Assembly (NCBI GenBank): GCA_963664725.1
Contig: OY761558.1
Location: 3,007,024 to 3,071,023, forward strand
Reading direction: 5' to 3'
Length of the DNA: 64,000 nucleotides
Origin: Dehalococcoidia bacterium
GTDB taxonomy: Bacteria; Chloroflexota; Dehalococcoidia; Lucifugimonadales; UBA3495
A program made the position numbers and the translations under genes. This document shows, one piece after another, positions 25,871 to 35,477 of this stretch; the stretch's first letter is position 1; every line of letters begins with the position of its first letter. Under the pieces are notes generated by a model. It saw only the letters and a list, made by a program, of their open reading frames with translations, was not told where the DNA came from and ran no database searches.

Positions 25871-26326
25871 ATGACTACTACCCTGGTGGAACTGATTGAA
25901 CGCGCCCCGTGGCGGGAAGCGGTAACCTATCGGGAGACGTGGCCCCATGAGTACGTACTGTCGGAGAGGGACGGGCAGAAAGAATTGCTGGCGGCGGTAG
26001 TGGAGCGTTTCAAAGCAGGCGAGGGGGTGGCCTGCCACTTCTTTAGCATGTACAACACCTACCTGTTCGTCGGCGACCACAAGTATTGGTTGATGGTGAA
26101 CTACAACGAGGTGGATGCCCTTGGAACAGCAGGCGACTACGTGCTGAACCGGGCCCGATTGTACCGGGACCGACGGGATTTTGTGATACAACCCGGGGAT
26201 ACGGGGATGCGGGAGGATTACAGGGGGAACGGGCGCGGGAGTGGTAGGTTACCTTGTACGCTAAGAGCGTATGGAGAAGCATACGAGCCATTTACCGAAC
26301 CCTGCCCGAATCCGGAAAATTCATAA
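25871..26326 (+). CDS. Conserved hypothetical protein (W..A.TY..TWPHEYV family)
   Basis: ATG at 25871 follows GGAGGTG: MTTTLVELIERAPWREAVTYRETWPHEYVLSE...YKYWLM... I recognise the pattern but know no function for it. Confidence 0.6.
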   Translation: MTTTLVELIERAPWREAVTYRETWPHEYVLSERDGQKELLAAVVERFKAGEGVACHFFSMYNTYLFVGDHKYWLMVNYNEVDALGTAGDYVLNRARLYRDRRDFVIQPGDTGMREDYRGNGRGSGRLPCTLRAYGEAYEPFTEPCPNPENS

Positions 26327-26339
26327 AGGAGAGAAGCAC

Positions 26340-27311
26340 ATGTCGTCTCGAGATTTGGGAACTCTGCAGCCAGTGCCGTTAAGGAACATATGGGGCCACG
26401 AAGCTCATAACTTCACTCCATGGTTAGCTGAGAATATCTCCCAATTAGCAGAGGTTATAAACATAAAGCTGGAAGCCAGCCAAAGAGAACATTGGAAGTC
26501 CGGAGAGGGTTTTGTCGATATTTTGGCCAGGGAGACCGAGTCCGACCGAACCGTCGTCATAGAGAACCAGCTTGAGATTTCCGACAACGACCATTTTCTA
26601 CGGTTGATGAGCTACGCTGCAAGTCGGAAAGCGAGCACCCTGATCTGGATAGCTTCGGAGTTTACGGAATCGCACCGTAGTATATTGTCTTGGTTGAGTG
26701 GGAGCGGAGTGGAAATTTATGCTGTTAAGGTAAGTGCCTATCGGATCGAAGATGCTTACGCTCCTTGGTTTGAAATAATTGTCAGCCCAGAAGGCGCCAC
26801 AGAAATTGCGGATGCACGCCCATACGGTGACAGTCTTTATGCGCGTTTCTACCGTCCGCTGACTGCCCTGTTGAGAATTGAAGGACTCTACGCCATTGGT
26901 GGGCGCCAAGGCGGATGGACAGGGAGGTATCGCAGGTTCCGGTCCAAGGCGCTACTGGAGACAGCCGGGATAACCTATTACACTGTCCTGGGACGAAAAA
27001 CCGAGAATTGTTCTGCAGGGCTCATGTTCCTCGGGGACCAACAACAAACCGACTTTCACGATGCCATCTTCGAATCTAAGAGTGACTTAGAAAAGGATAT
27101 GGTAGGTTTTACGGTGCAATGGGATAGAGACCCAGTACGATCCTACGTGCACTATGTGAACGTTAACAAAGTTGGTATTACCGAAGAAGGAGAAAATGCC
27201 TTGGAAGCAACAAGACATTGGATGAGGGACTCATTGCTGCGTCTTCGACAAGTATTTGAGCCTAAACTGGAAGAAATAGTCGAGTCTAGGGAGAACCCGC
27301 TTTCGGATTGA
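26340..27311 (+). CDS. PD-(D/E)XK-like nuclease N-domain plus DUF4268-like C-domain protein (paralog A)
   Basis: AAAGGAGAG RBS. Motifs: FVDILARE...VVIENQLEISDNDHFLRLMSYAA...LIWIASEFTESHRSILSWL. It is clearly homologous to 52819..53769. Confidence 0.75.
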   Translation: MSSRDLGTLQPVPLRNIWGHEAHNFTPWLAENISQLAEVINIKLEASQREHWKSGEGFVDILARETESDRTVVIENQLEISDNDHFLRLMSYAASRKASTLIWIASEFTESHRSILSWLSGSGVEIYAVKVSAYRIEDAYAPWFEIIVSPEGATEIADARPYGDSLYARFYRPLTALLRIEGLYAIGGRQGGWTGRYRRFRSKALLETAGITYYTVLGRKTENCSAGLMFLGDQQQTDFHDAIFESKSDLEKDMVGFTVQWDRDPVRSYVHYVNVNKVGITEEGENALEATRHWMRDSLLRLRQVFEPKLEEIVESRENPLSD

Positions 27312-27334
27312 ACAAGGAAGGGACTGAAACATCC

Positions 27335-27487
27335 CTAATACTACAGTCGCACATCGCATTCTTCAGGTTCAGTTGGTTCCCAGCGAATCCCGTTCGGACA
27401 GTACTTCCCGCTGGTGAGCAAAGCTGAATTCACCTGCCTTGATACACCGGAAAAGGTGAGCCCAAAATTGTGCGACTGTAGTATTAG
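27335..27487. mobile_element. 153-bp MITE-like element with 19-bp terminal inverted repeats CTAATACTACAGTCGCACA
   Basis: The left TIR is at 27335..27353 and its exact reverse complement is at 27469..27487. The internal 27361..27484 recurs inverted at 29531..29654. Confidence 0.8.
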
Positions 27488-27508
27488 CGCTTCAGCTATA
27501 CTTTACCC

Positions 27509-29398
27509 ATGGGCCTGCTTTCCAAATCCGTTACCATCTCTATGGCGTGTGTGGCCGGGGTACTTGGCGTCCTCTTCCTGTTCTCGAATGTGGTGGTTCC
27601 CCTGCTGCCTGAACAGGAGCAAAAGACCGAAACTCCCTGGAATCCTGCGGCAACCCCGGTTGCCGTTTCTTCTCAACCCACACTATTGCCTGCGCAGGCC
27701 TCCAGGCCAACGGCAACGTTACCGACTTTGCCGCCGTCTACGCAGTCCCGCGAGTCCATAGGCTTTTATTCCCTGCGAAATGCCCAGGAACTTGAGGAAG
27801 TTTCACCCGCGGCCGTCCGAGTAATCCGGGAGCTTCCATGGATTGCAGATGGTATCAGCCGGGAGGAACAATACGGAGCCGAAGCCTTGACCCATCTGTC
27901 AGCCACGCTGCCGGCAACTTTTGGGTACTTGATCGAAAAACCCTGGGTATCAACCGGAAGCCATCAAGAATTGGGCAAGGCCTTACTCGCCTTGGAAAGT
28001 ATTGGCAATGATGATCCCATTCTTGTTCAAAAGATAGTTTCTATGCCCTTTCTGGAGGAACTGGACTCGCAAGATGTGATTGCCCTGGATTCTCTGGCCT
28101 ATCTGGCCTATTCGGACTTCATCGCTTTCAGGAACATTATCAATCACCAAAGGCTTGGGGACGGTATCGATAGTGAAGAGGCAAAGATAGTGGCCGTTCT
28201 CGGGGAAGTGAACGAAATAAATCCGGACTTGACTGACATTCTGCTCGACCCCCAGCAGACTACTATCGAAGAAAGGCCAATTGGCTTGCCGTTGGCTGGG
28301 AACATCACCTTGGCTATCATCCGTACGAGGCCGGGCGCTATTCGCAGCATGGACTTGCTGGAAAGTGCCGTAAGGGGGGCAGAGTCCTTCATTGGCGAAC
28401 CATTCCCCAGCCGTTACATAGCCCTCCTGTTTGAGGAAGCCGTCCCAGGCAGTTTTGCCGGGAGCAACAACGGGGCACACATGACCATATTGCCACAATA
28501 CGACGTCGATGATCAAAGCTACGAGTCTGCCCTGGCAAACCGGGCCATAGCCCACGAGGTAGCGCATTACTATTGGCACGGAGGAGAACCCTGGCTCGAC
28601 GAGGGAGCGGCAGAATTCACCGCGACCTACGTAGAGTACCTAGCCGAGGGCAGGCCGCTTGAACCGGTCAATTACCCGTGCAGTCCCGCCAGCACAATTC
28701 GCTACCTTGAGAACAAGGGCTTTGCGGAGTCGGACCCCGCTTTTGCGTGCAACTACGCCGTTGGCGAAAGGTTCTTCCTGGACCTGTACGGAAACCTGGG
28801 AGAGGAGCAATTTCGGCGGGGTTTCCGTGACCTCTACCGGTTCGTGAAAGAAACTGATCCCTTTGGGAATAATGCAACCGGAATGGAGGAGGTCCGTACG
28901 GCCTTCGGTGACTTTCAGTCAAAAGGACCAGCCAATTCCTTTAACCCTGTGTCGCATGCGGCCGAGAGGTGGTACGAAGGGAAATTGCCAGACAGGGAGA
29001 ACCACTATGACCCTCGTCCGGCGGTGGCCGAATTGCCCACTATAAACGGTTGGATTAACCGCGCTTACGTTTCAATGACTGAAGGAGGAACGTCGGTCGA
29101 GGAAGTATCGGCATCGCATCCAGGAGCCTGGCTGTGGCTGACCTTACAGTATTCGCACGGCTATGCGGGACCTCCCCAGGAGTTGAGCTTCGAAATAGTG
29201 GAATACTACGAAGACGGCTTTCCCTACCGCCGCGATACCTTGACCATCCAGGTAGACCGCAGGTATTCCGGTGGTGTGCAGTGGATTTCCGTGGGGCCGG
29301 GGCCAGGCCAGGAATGGGCAGACGGCCGCCACTGGGTCTACGTGTACCACGAGGGCCGTAAGGTGGCCCAGGTGGAGTTTGAGGTAACGCCCCGATGA
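27509..29398 (+). CDS. Membrane-anchored gluzincin (M1-like) zinc metalloprotease
   Basis: N-terminal TM segment MACVAGVLGVLFLFSNVVVPLL, then a Pro/Thr linker. HEVAHYYWH is followed 18 aa later by WLDEGAAEF, which gives the HExxH+E signature. Confidence 0.75.
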   Translation: MGLLSKSVTISMACVAGVLGVLFLFSNVVVPLLPEQEQKTETPWNPAATPVAVSSQPTLLPAQASRPTATLPTLPPSTQSRESIGFYSLRNAQELEEVSPAAVRVIRELPWIADGISREEQYGAEALTHLSATLPATFGYLIEKPWVSTGSHQELGKALLALESIGNDDPILVQKIVSMPFLEELDSQDVIALDSLAYLAYSDFIAFRNIINHQRLGDGIDSEEAKIVAVLGEVNEINPDLTDILLDPQQTTIEERPIGLPLAGNITLAIIRTRPGAIRSMDLLESAVRGAESFIGEPFPSRYIALLFEEAVPGSFAGSNNGAHMTILPQYDVDDQSYESALANRAIAHEVAHYYWHGGEPWLDEGAAEFTATYVEYLAEGRPLEPVNYPCSPASTIRYLENKGFAESDPAFACNYAVGERFFLDLYGNLGEEQFRRGFRDLYRFVKETDPFGNNATGMEEVRTAFGDFQSKGPANSFNPVSHAAERWYEGKLPDRENHYDPRPAVAELPTINGWINRAYVSMTEGGTSVEEVSASHPGAWLWLTLQYSHGYAGPPQELSFEIVEYYEDGFPYRRDTLTIQVDRRYSGGVQWISVGPGPGQEWADGRHWVYVYHEGRKVAQVEFEVTPR

Positions 29399-29534
29399 CT
29401 TTTGACCGATGCGCCTGTGACCAAACAACCGGTACTGCGCGAGAAAGTTCAGGCCCTGGACAAGGCCGACGTAAAGACAGTAGCCGGTTGAAAGCTCCCG
29501 GGTAACAGATCCTTTAATGGACATCTTAGTACTA

Positions 29535-29654
29535 CAGTCGCACAATTTTGGGCTCACCTTTTCCGGTGTATCAAGGCAGGTGAATTCAGCTTTGCTCACC
29601 AGCGGGAAGTACTGTCCGAACGGGATTCGCTGGGAACCAACTGAACCTGAAGAA
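29535..29654. mobile_element. Second, inverted and one-end-truncated copy of the MITE
   Basis: It starts CTTAGTACTACAGTCGCACAATTTTGGG. 29531..29654 is the exact reverse complement of 27361..27484. Similarity ends after GAACCTGAAGAA, so the second TIR is missing. Confidence 0.8.
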
Positions 29655-29710
29655 AATGAAAAGGCCCTGCGGCTCGCTGGCCTACGCCGCCTGAATGTAC
29701 AAAGTCCAGC

Positions 29711-30109
29711 TTAGTAGTAGATGTACTTACTCCTGCCGTACTTGATGTACCGGCGCCTGCCGTTCCCCTTGACGACTCCTAACAATCCGATGACGGCCAT
29801 TATTATCCCCATGACCAACATCACCATTCCGCCAAACCCGATGAGCCAGTGCACGAACCACAAGTGAAGGACGAACTTCATCACGATCCCCATCACAGAG
29901 ACGGCAACGCCCGCAATCAGCAACGCCACTCCAATGATCTTGCCCACCAGGTCTCCAAAGATCACGGACGAGCCGCCGATCACCGCTGCGGCAATTCCAC
30001 CGAAGATGAACAGGTTCCCCGTCCGGTCGATGAGGGACTGCATAAGGCCCGACATGATAGATAGGCCCATCAGGGCTAGTATGACGCCCATCACCATCAA
30101 TCCGAGCAT
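29711..30109 (-). CDS. 132-aa polytopic membrane protein, unknown function
   Basis: GAGGGAG RBS. There are four Gly/Ile/Met-rich hydrophobic helices, and the C-terminus is basic (GNGRRRYIKYGRSKYIYY). Confidence 0.6.
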   Translation of the reverse strand: MLGLMVMGVILALMGLSIMSGLMQSLIDRTGNLFIFGGIAAAVIGGSSVIFGDLVGKIIGVALLIAGVAVSVMGIVMKFVLHLWFVHWLIGFGGMVMLVMGIIMAVIGLLGVVKGNGRRRYIKYGRSKYIYY

Positions 30110-30910
30110 AGTCGAACTCCCTCACAATATCGAAAAAGATTCACTCTAGTAGATCAACACAGATGTAGCGATGGGTAAAGGGACTTTAGCTTGATTCGTG
30201 CATCCTCAGTGGTGAAGCGCCATTCGACTTGGATTGCGTCTTGGTTCCGCCCTCTTTGCCAGGCTGCGGTCTCTGCCCTCAGGGTTTCTCGGTCGGGAAT
30301 GCGGCGGTCCAGGCATTGGCGTCCCAGCACCCCCAATTCTATTTCGGCCATGTTCAGCCAACTGCCGTGCTTGGGGGTATAGTGAATCTCCAGCCGCTGG
30401 GCGATGCGCTGGGCCTCGGCGGGTGCAAAGGCCTCATATAATGAACTGGGGTGATGCGTGTTCAGATTGTCCATCACCAGCACGATCCGGTCCTTGTCGG
30501 GATAGTCCTGGTCCACCAGTTGCTGGACCTGGCGCGCCCAATCGACTTTAGTCCGGCGCTCGGTCACCTCCACCCTCCGCCAGCCCTCCAGGGGCGCGAA
30601 CACCATGAACAGGTTGCTCACCCCGTTGCGCTGGTATTCGTGGTCATAGGCTTGGACCGCCCCGGGTTTCGGCGGCCGAGGCGGGCGGGTCTCCCGCACC
30701 TGCTGCTTGCTGGTCTCGTCCAGGCAGACCAGCACTTCGTTGTCCTCATATCGGCGATGATAGACCTCCAGCACGTCCTCCATGGCGCACACGAAGGCCG
30801 CGTTGCCCTGGGGCGGGATGCACCAGCATTCCTTCAGCCAGGGCTTGAGTTCGTTTTTTTTAAGGTCCGCCGCACCGTCTCGGAACTGACCCTATGGACT
30901 AACAAAACTG

Positions 30911-32299
30911 TCATGTTGCCGCGGCCTCTGATCCTTGGTGCAGTCCCGAAGTTGGAGCATCGGGGAGAGGCACCAGCTGATAGCCCAGTTGCGCCGCCCG
31001 GCGCTTGGCCGCGTGCAGCGCCCGGTCCTGATACTGCTTCTCGTAGTACTCCGCTCCGGCATCCACGTACTCCTGACCGTAACGCAGCATGGTGTAGATG
31101 AGCCTGGCCAGCTTGTGGGCGGTGGCGGTGATGGCCTTGGGCGCTCCCAGCTGCGCTTTCTTGCGGCGCAGGAAGGCGCCCAGGGCGCTGTCGGAGCGGT
31201 GCAGGGCGTTGGCCGCCAGACGCAGGGCCGCCGCCGCCCGGCTGGCACTGGGCTTGGTCTTTGAGCTGATCACCTTCCCGCCGGTGATGCGGTTGTTGGG
31301 GCTCAGCCCCAGCCAGGATGCGAAGTGCTTGGCGCTGGGCCATTTGGTCATGTCCGTGCCGACTTCGCTGACCACTTTCAAGGCCGTGAATCCGTCCACT
31401 CCGTCGATCCGGGTCAGGTCCACTCCCGTCATCCGGTATAGTTGGCCCTGGACGTCGAAGCGGGGCGCGTTCTTCTGGTTACGCTTTTTGCCGTTGGGAG
31501 CCGGAGGTTGGCCGTCGCTGTGGTCTTCAAATAGCTCCAGCTGGGCTTCAATTTCCCGGTCGCACTCGGCAATCTTATCCTGATAGAGCCGGTACAGTTC
31601 CAGGGCCTGGCTCAGCTCGAAAATGTGCTCTTCCCGCCAGTGCCCTCGCAGCGACTTGGCGATGGTCGCCTCGTCGGCCTTGATCCGTCGGTCGCGCAGT
31701 CGGGCCAGCTTTCGGGGATCCCGCTGGCCGCCCACGATGGCCTCCATGATGTCCATGCCGGTCTTGCCTGTGATGTCCCTGATCACGTGATGGAGCTTCA
31801 CGTTCATCTGGGTCAGGGCCTTCTGCATATGCTGTATATGCTGGGCTGCGTACCCCACCAGCATGGCCCGTTGCCGTAGGTAGCTGCGCAGCCGCCGGAT
31901 CTCCCCGTCGGGCCGGAAGGCTCCGGAGAGCAGTCCGTAGGTGTGCAGTTGCTGCAGCCACTGGCAATCCCGCACGTCGGTTTTGCGGCCCGGCACGTTC
32001 TTGATGCGCCGTGGGTCCACCAGCATCACCTGGAAGCCCCGCTCCTCCAGCACCCCGAACAGAGGTATCCAGTACACGCCGGTGGACTCCATGACTACCG
32101 TCTCCACCCCACACTCCTCCAGCCAGTCCGCCAAACGGTACAGGTCCGCCGTGAAAGCCTCAAACTCCTGCACCGGCTGCTCCGACCGCTCGGCGGGAAC
32201 CGCCACATAGTGGCTGCTGGCGCCCACGTCGATGCCCGCCGCGTTCAGGTTCAATGGGGACATACCTTCCGGTTTCTTGCCGCTCTTGCTGCTGCTCAT
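30911..32299 (-). CDS. IS110-family DEDD transposase/recombinase
   Basis: ATG at 32299 follows GGAGGCAACA. Motifs: LNAAGIDVGASSHYVAV...VVMESTGVYW...C-terminal GLSPNNRITGGKVISSKT...AAHKLARLIY. It appears intact at 462 aa. Confidence 0.85.
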   Translation of the reverse strand: MSSSKSGKKPEGMSPLNLNAAGIDVGASSHYVAVPAERSEQPVQEFEAFTADLYRLADWLEECGVETVVMESTGVYWIPLFGVLEERGFQVMLVDPRRIKNVPGRKTDVRDCQWLQQLHTYGLLSGAFRPDGEIRRLRSYLRQRAMLVGYAAQHIQHMQKALTQMNVKLHHVIRDITGKTGMDIMEAIVGGQRDPRKLARLRDRRIKADEATIAKSLRGHWREEHIFELSQALELYRLYQDKIAECDREIEAQLELFEDHSDGQPPAPNGKKRNQKNAPRFDVQGQLYRMTGVDLTRIDGVDGFTALKVVSEVGTDMTKWPSAKHFASWLGLSPNNRITGGKVISSKTKPSASRAAAALRLAANALHRSDSALGAFLRRKKAQLGAPKAITATAHKLARLIYTMLRYGQEYVDAGAEYYEKQYQDRALHAAKRRAAQLGYQLVPLPDAPTSGLHQGSEAAAT

Positions 32300-32558
32300 T
32301 GTTGCCTCCGCGCCTGCAAGGTGGAGGTGTCGCCGGAGGGAGACGCTAATATCGAACAATCTATGGAACGGGATCGCTCCGCTTGGAGTGTCACCAATGA
32401 TGCAGTCGCAAGTCTCCCAGACCATGCTCTCCAACGGGCAATTAGCACCAATGTCAGCTCGGTCTTGATCCGGACGGCACCCCTTATCATAAGCATACAT
32501 CCTTGGGCGGACTCACCAGTTAGTCGCCTCTGCACGGCCCGGATACGGGCATAACTCT
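32300..32558 (-). ncRNA. Candidate bridge (guide) RNA region in the 5' non-coding end of the IS110 element
   Basis: The call is by position only. IS110-group elements carry their structured guide RNA between the left end and the recombinase start. I did not fold or align the sequence. Confidence 0.3.
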
Positions 32559-33055
32559 GCTCTCCACTATCTCGCACGCAACCATCCGGTCCGCCAGCAG
32601 CTTAAGCGTCCAACTGGTCCGGCCCTCCGGTGGTTCGCTGCAGGCCAGCGCCACCAGATAGGCCTCTCCCTGACCATCCAGTCGCTTCTGCGGCCGGTTC
32701 AGTTGCTCCTTGCGCCCCAGGGCACGCTCCAGACCCTCTTCCACGCAACGCCGCCGCACCCGCTCCACCGTCGCCCTCCCCACCTTCAGGGACCGGGCTA
32801 TCTCCTCGTCCTTCATCGCCCCTTCAGCCCCGTTCTCATCGCTTAACAGCAGAATCCGGGCATGGGTCTGCCGGTAGGCTGTCGCCTTCCCCTTCGATAC
32901 CAGAGCCTTTAGTCCCTGCCGCTCCTCCTCCCCCAACTCCACCCGGTACTTCTTTACCATCACTCCCACCTCACTCCTCCAGCTTCTCTCTACTAAACCA
33001 TTCTACCCTATCCCCCATCATTGCATCTGTGTTGATCTACTAGTACCCGGTCAAG

Positions 33056-34193
33056 TTAGGAATTGATGGGATAGAGTCGATGGAGCTTGGTGCGGGCATC
33101 AAGAATGTTGAAGCGCCAGTTGATGCAGGCTTTAGCTTCGTTCCGTTCCAGTTCCAGGGCATGAATCTCCCGGCAGAGGGATTCCTCGTCGGGGAGACGC
33201 TGTCTGAGACAACTGCGGGAGAAGACGCTGAACTCGATCTCCGCCATATTCAGCCAGCTACCGTGCTTGGGCGTGTGGTGAAACTCCAGCCGTTTGGCGA
33301 TGCGTCTTGCCTCCGCTGGCGGGAAGGTCTCATAGAGGGACGCCACCCGATGGGTATTCAGGTTGTCCAAGACCAAGCGAACCACCGGCACCTCAGGGTA
33401 AGCCTGGTCTACCAGCCAGCGCATCTGGCAGGCAAAGTCCTCGGTGGTACGCCGCTGGGTCACTGCCACGTGGCGCCAACCCGCCTTGGGCTCGCAGAAC
33501 AGGAACAGGTTGCGGGTCCCCTCTCGCCGGTACTCATAATCCTCCCGCTTCGGCCTGCCAGGCTTGGTGGGAATCGGTTCTCTGACGTCCGCCAGCAACC
33601 GGGTGGAACTCTAGTCGAAACAGACCACCGGCCGCTGGGGGTCGTAGGGCTCGGCATACAGAGCCTGCCCCGTACTGGATACGGGGTCCAGCACATCCTC
33701 CATGTGGGCAACGAAGTCAGGGCTCACTTTGGGGATACACCACTCTTTCTTCTGCCACGGCTTAAGGGAGTTTTTTCAGATGCAGCCGCACCGCCTCGTG
33801 GGACAAGGACTCCACCACTCCCAACTCCACCATCCGGTCCGCCAGCAGCCGCAGATTCCAGTGGTCGTGGCCCTCTGGGGCTGGGCTGCAGGCCAGGGCG
33901 ATGAGATGGGCCTCCTCCAGGTGGTCCAGCTTCCGGTACCGGTGGGCCTGGACTCGGTCCTTCAGCGTCCCCTCCAACCCATCTTCGGCGAAACGCCGCT
34001 TGAGCCGGAACACCGTGCCTTCAGATACGTCCAAGGCCTGGGCCACCCGGGGCGCCGACCAGCCCTCGTCGATCTTGAGCAAAATGCGGGCCCGAGTGGC
34101 AACCCGGACGGAACTCTTCCCAGCCCGGACCATGTGCTCCAGTTGGTCGCGCTGCTCCGGCGTCAGCCGAACCGCAAATTTCTCCCTGACCAC
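33056..34193 (-). pseudogene. IS630-family transposase with a frameshift at an A6 run, an in-frame TAG (33611..33613) and a hairpin mini-insertion
   Basis: The HTH part is MVREKFAVRLTPEQRDQLEHMVRAGK... The DDE part contains LVLDNLNTHR...HHTPKHGSWLNMAEIEF. PVVCFD*SS stands where relatives have E. Confidence 0.8.
33662..33686 (-). repeat. Hairpin mini-insertion copy 2 (in IS630 no.2): CCCCGTA-TCCAG-TACGGGG-CAGGCT
   Basis: Removing 24 nt restores MEDVLD|LYAEPYDP, the expected IS630 sequence. Confidence 0.75.
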
Positions 34194-34282
34194 ACCATCA
34201 CCTCACAACAACACGTTCTATCAACAGATTAGCACTACCAGTCAACCACCCTTGGAACACTCAAAACAAGCTTGACAAGGTA

Positions 34283-35477
34283 CTAAACCAAAGCCAAGGT
34301 GGGATGTGCATTTGCCTGAGGTGAGGAATCGTGCTGGGAATTTAGCTGGAGTGCTTGGGCCCTTGACTGCAATACTGTCCGGCAGCGCTGTCTCACCGCG
34401 TCCTTCCGGTTGGACAGACCAGACAGGAAGTTGCCGACCCTCTCCTGCACCGCTTCCCTGGTCCCCAGGCAGAGGTTGCCGGTGGCCTCCTCTCTCGCCC
34501 AGCCCCAGATGGCCTCATCGGCATTGAAGTCCGGGCTGTAGCCCGGTAGATTCACCAACCGCAGGTCAAGTCCGGGTGTCCGCAGATATTCCCGCACCGC
34601 CTCGCCACGGTGGGCTGGCGCGTTGTCCCAGATGATCCTGAGCGGGCCAGGGTGTTTTCTCCGCAGTGGTTCTAGGAAAGTGACCGAGGTCCCGCTGTTG
34701 CTGTTGCCCTCCAGTTCCATCCATTCCACATCTCCCGTCTCCAGGCACACCGCCGAATAGTAGCTGGCCTTCTCCCCGTACCTCGGACTGTTGGAGTTCA
34801 CCAACGCCGGCTGGCCCTTCAACACGCACTTGCCCCGAAGCTCCGCGTCCGACCGGAAGTGGGCCTCATCAGCGAAGAATATCCTGGCTTCAGCCTGACC
34901 AGAATCCTCCCTCAGTGCGGCATACTCCGCCACGAAGGCCTCCCGCTTGGCTTCATCCGCCTTGAGCAACCGCTTCTTGGGCCGCTTGAAAGCAAACCCC
35001 AAGCGGTGCAGAGCCTGCCCCCGTGGAGACGGGGGTAGTTCAGGCAACTGCTGCGGCACAGGCTGATGCCGTATCGGTCCGCCGCAAACTGGTGGACCAC
35101 TTTCCAATTCCAATTGGCCAAGCCGATGCCCACGGCCTCAGGCAATTCTTGCACCGCCCCTTTCAGCGCCGCTTGTTGCGCTTCACCGAGGGTGGGGGGG
35201 AACCACCGGTCTGCTCGAAGATCAGAGCCGCGGGGCCACCGTCACCGAAGGCCGCCGCCCATCTCCCGATGGTGTGTGGGTCCCGCTCCAGCGCCCTGGC
35301 CACCGCCGAGGCGGTCCACCCCTGGGCCAGCAGCCAAACGGCATGCCAGCGTTCCCGCTCCCGAGGCGTCGGCGCCAGAATCAGCCTCCTGTGCACTTCC
35401 TTAGCACCCATTTCCCATTGTTCAAGAAACCCCTCAATCCCCCTCACACCCTTCACCATCCCTTCTCTCACCCCCAA
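34283..35477 (-). pseudogene. IS630-family transposase, multiply frameshifted
   Basis: Recognisable pieces: RERWHAVWLLAQGWTASAVARALERDPHTIGRW (HTH), LHRLGFAFKRPKK, IFFADEAHF and WDNAPAHRG...LPGYSPDFNADEAIW (DDE). Confidence 0.8.

Larger units (their letters stand above)
30891..32558 (-). mobile_element. IS110-family insertion sequence (1668 bp) nested in IS630 no.1
   Basis: The boundaries come from restoring the IS630 reading frame. There are no TIRs, as expected for this family. The 5' non-coding end is long (259 nt) and the 3' end is short (20 nt). Confidence 0.8.
30154..32969 (-). pseudogene. IS630-family transposase, interrupted by IS110 between codons ...EIVES | VSSETVRR..., with an A8 run at the HTH/DDE junction
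   Basis: The N-terminal part (32559..32969) is MGVMVKKYRVELGEEERQGLKALVSKGKATAYRQTHARILL. The C-terminal part (30154..30890) contains VLVMDNLNTHH...HYTPKHGSWLNMAEIEL. Joining the parts gives a colinear match to IS630 no.2. Confidence 0.85.
30147..33042 (-). mobile_element. IS630-family element no.1 (1228 bp of its own sequence), split by a nested IS110-family element
   Basis: Perfect 19-bp TIRs: TAGTAGATCAACACAGATG at 30147..30165 and its reverse complement at 33024..33042. TA dinucleotides lie at both ends. Confidence 0.85.
33041..34285 (-). mobile_element. IS630-family element no.2 (1245 bp), abutting no.1 and sharing its flanking TA
   Basis: TIRs are TAGTACCCGGTCAAG (33041..33055) and CTTGACAAGGTACTA (34271..34285), matching at 13/15 positions. 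Confidence 0.75.

Noticed and set aside
27414-27761. ORFs starting MSKAEFTCLDTPEKVSPKLCDCS (27414..27761 + and 29144..29599 -).
   Set aside because: The identical N-termini are simply the two inverted MITE copies being translated. Downstream parts run antisense or out of frame to the protease gene.
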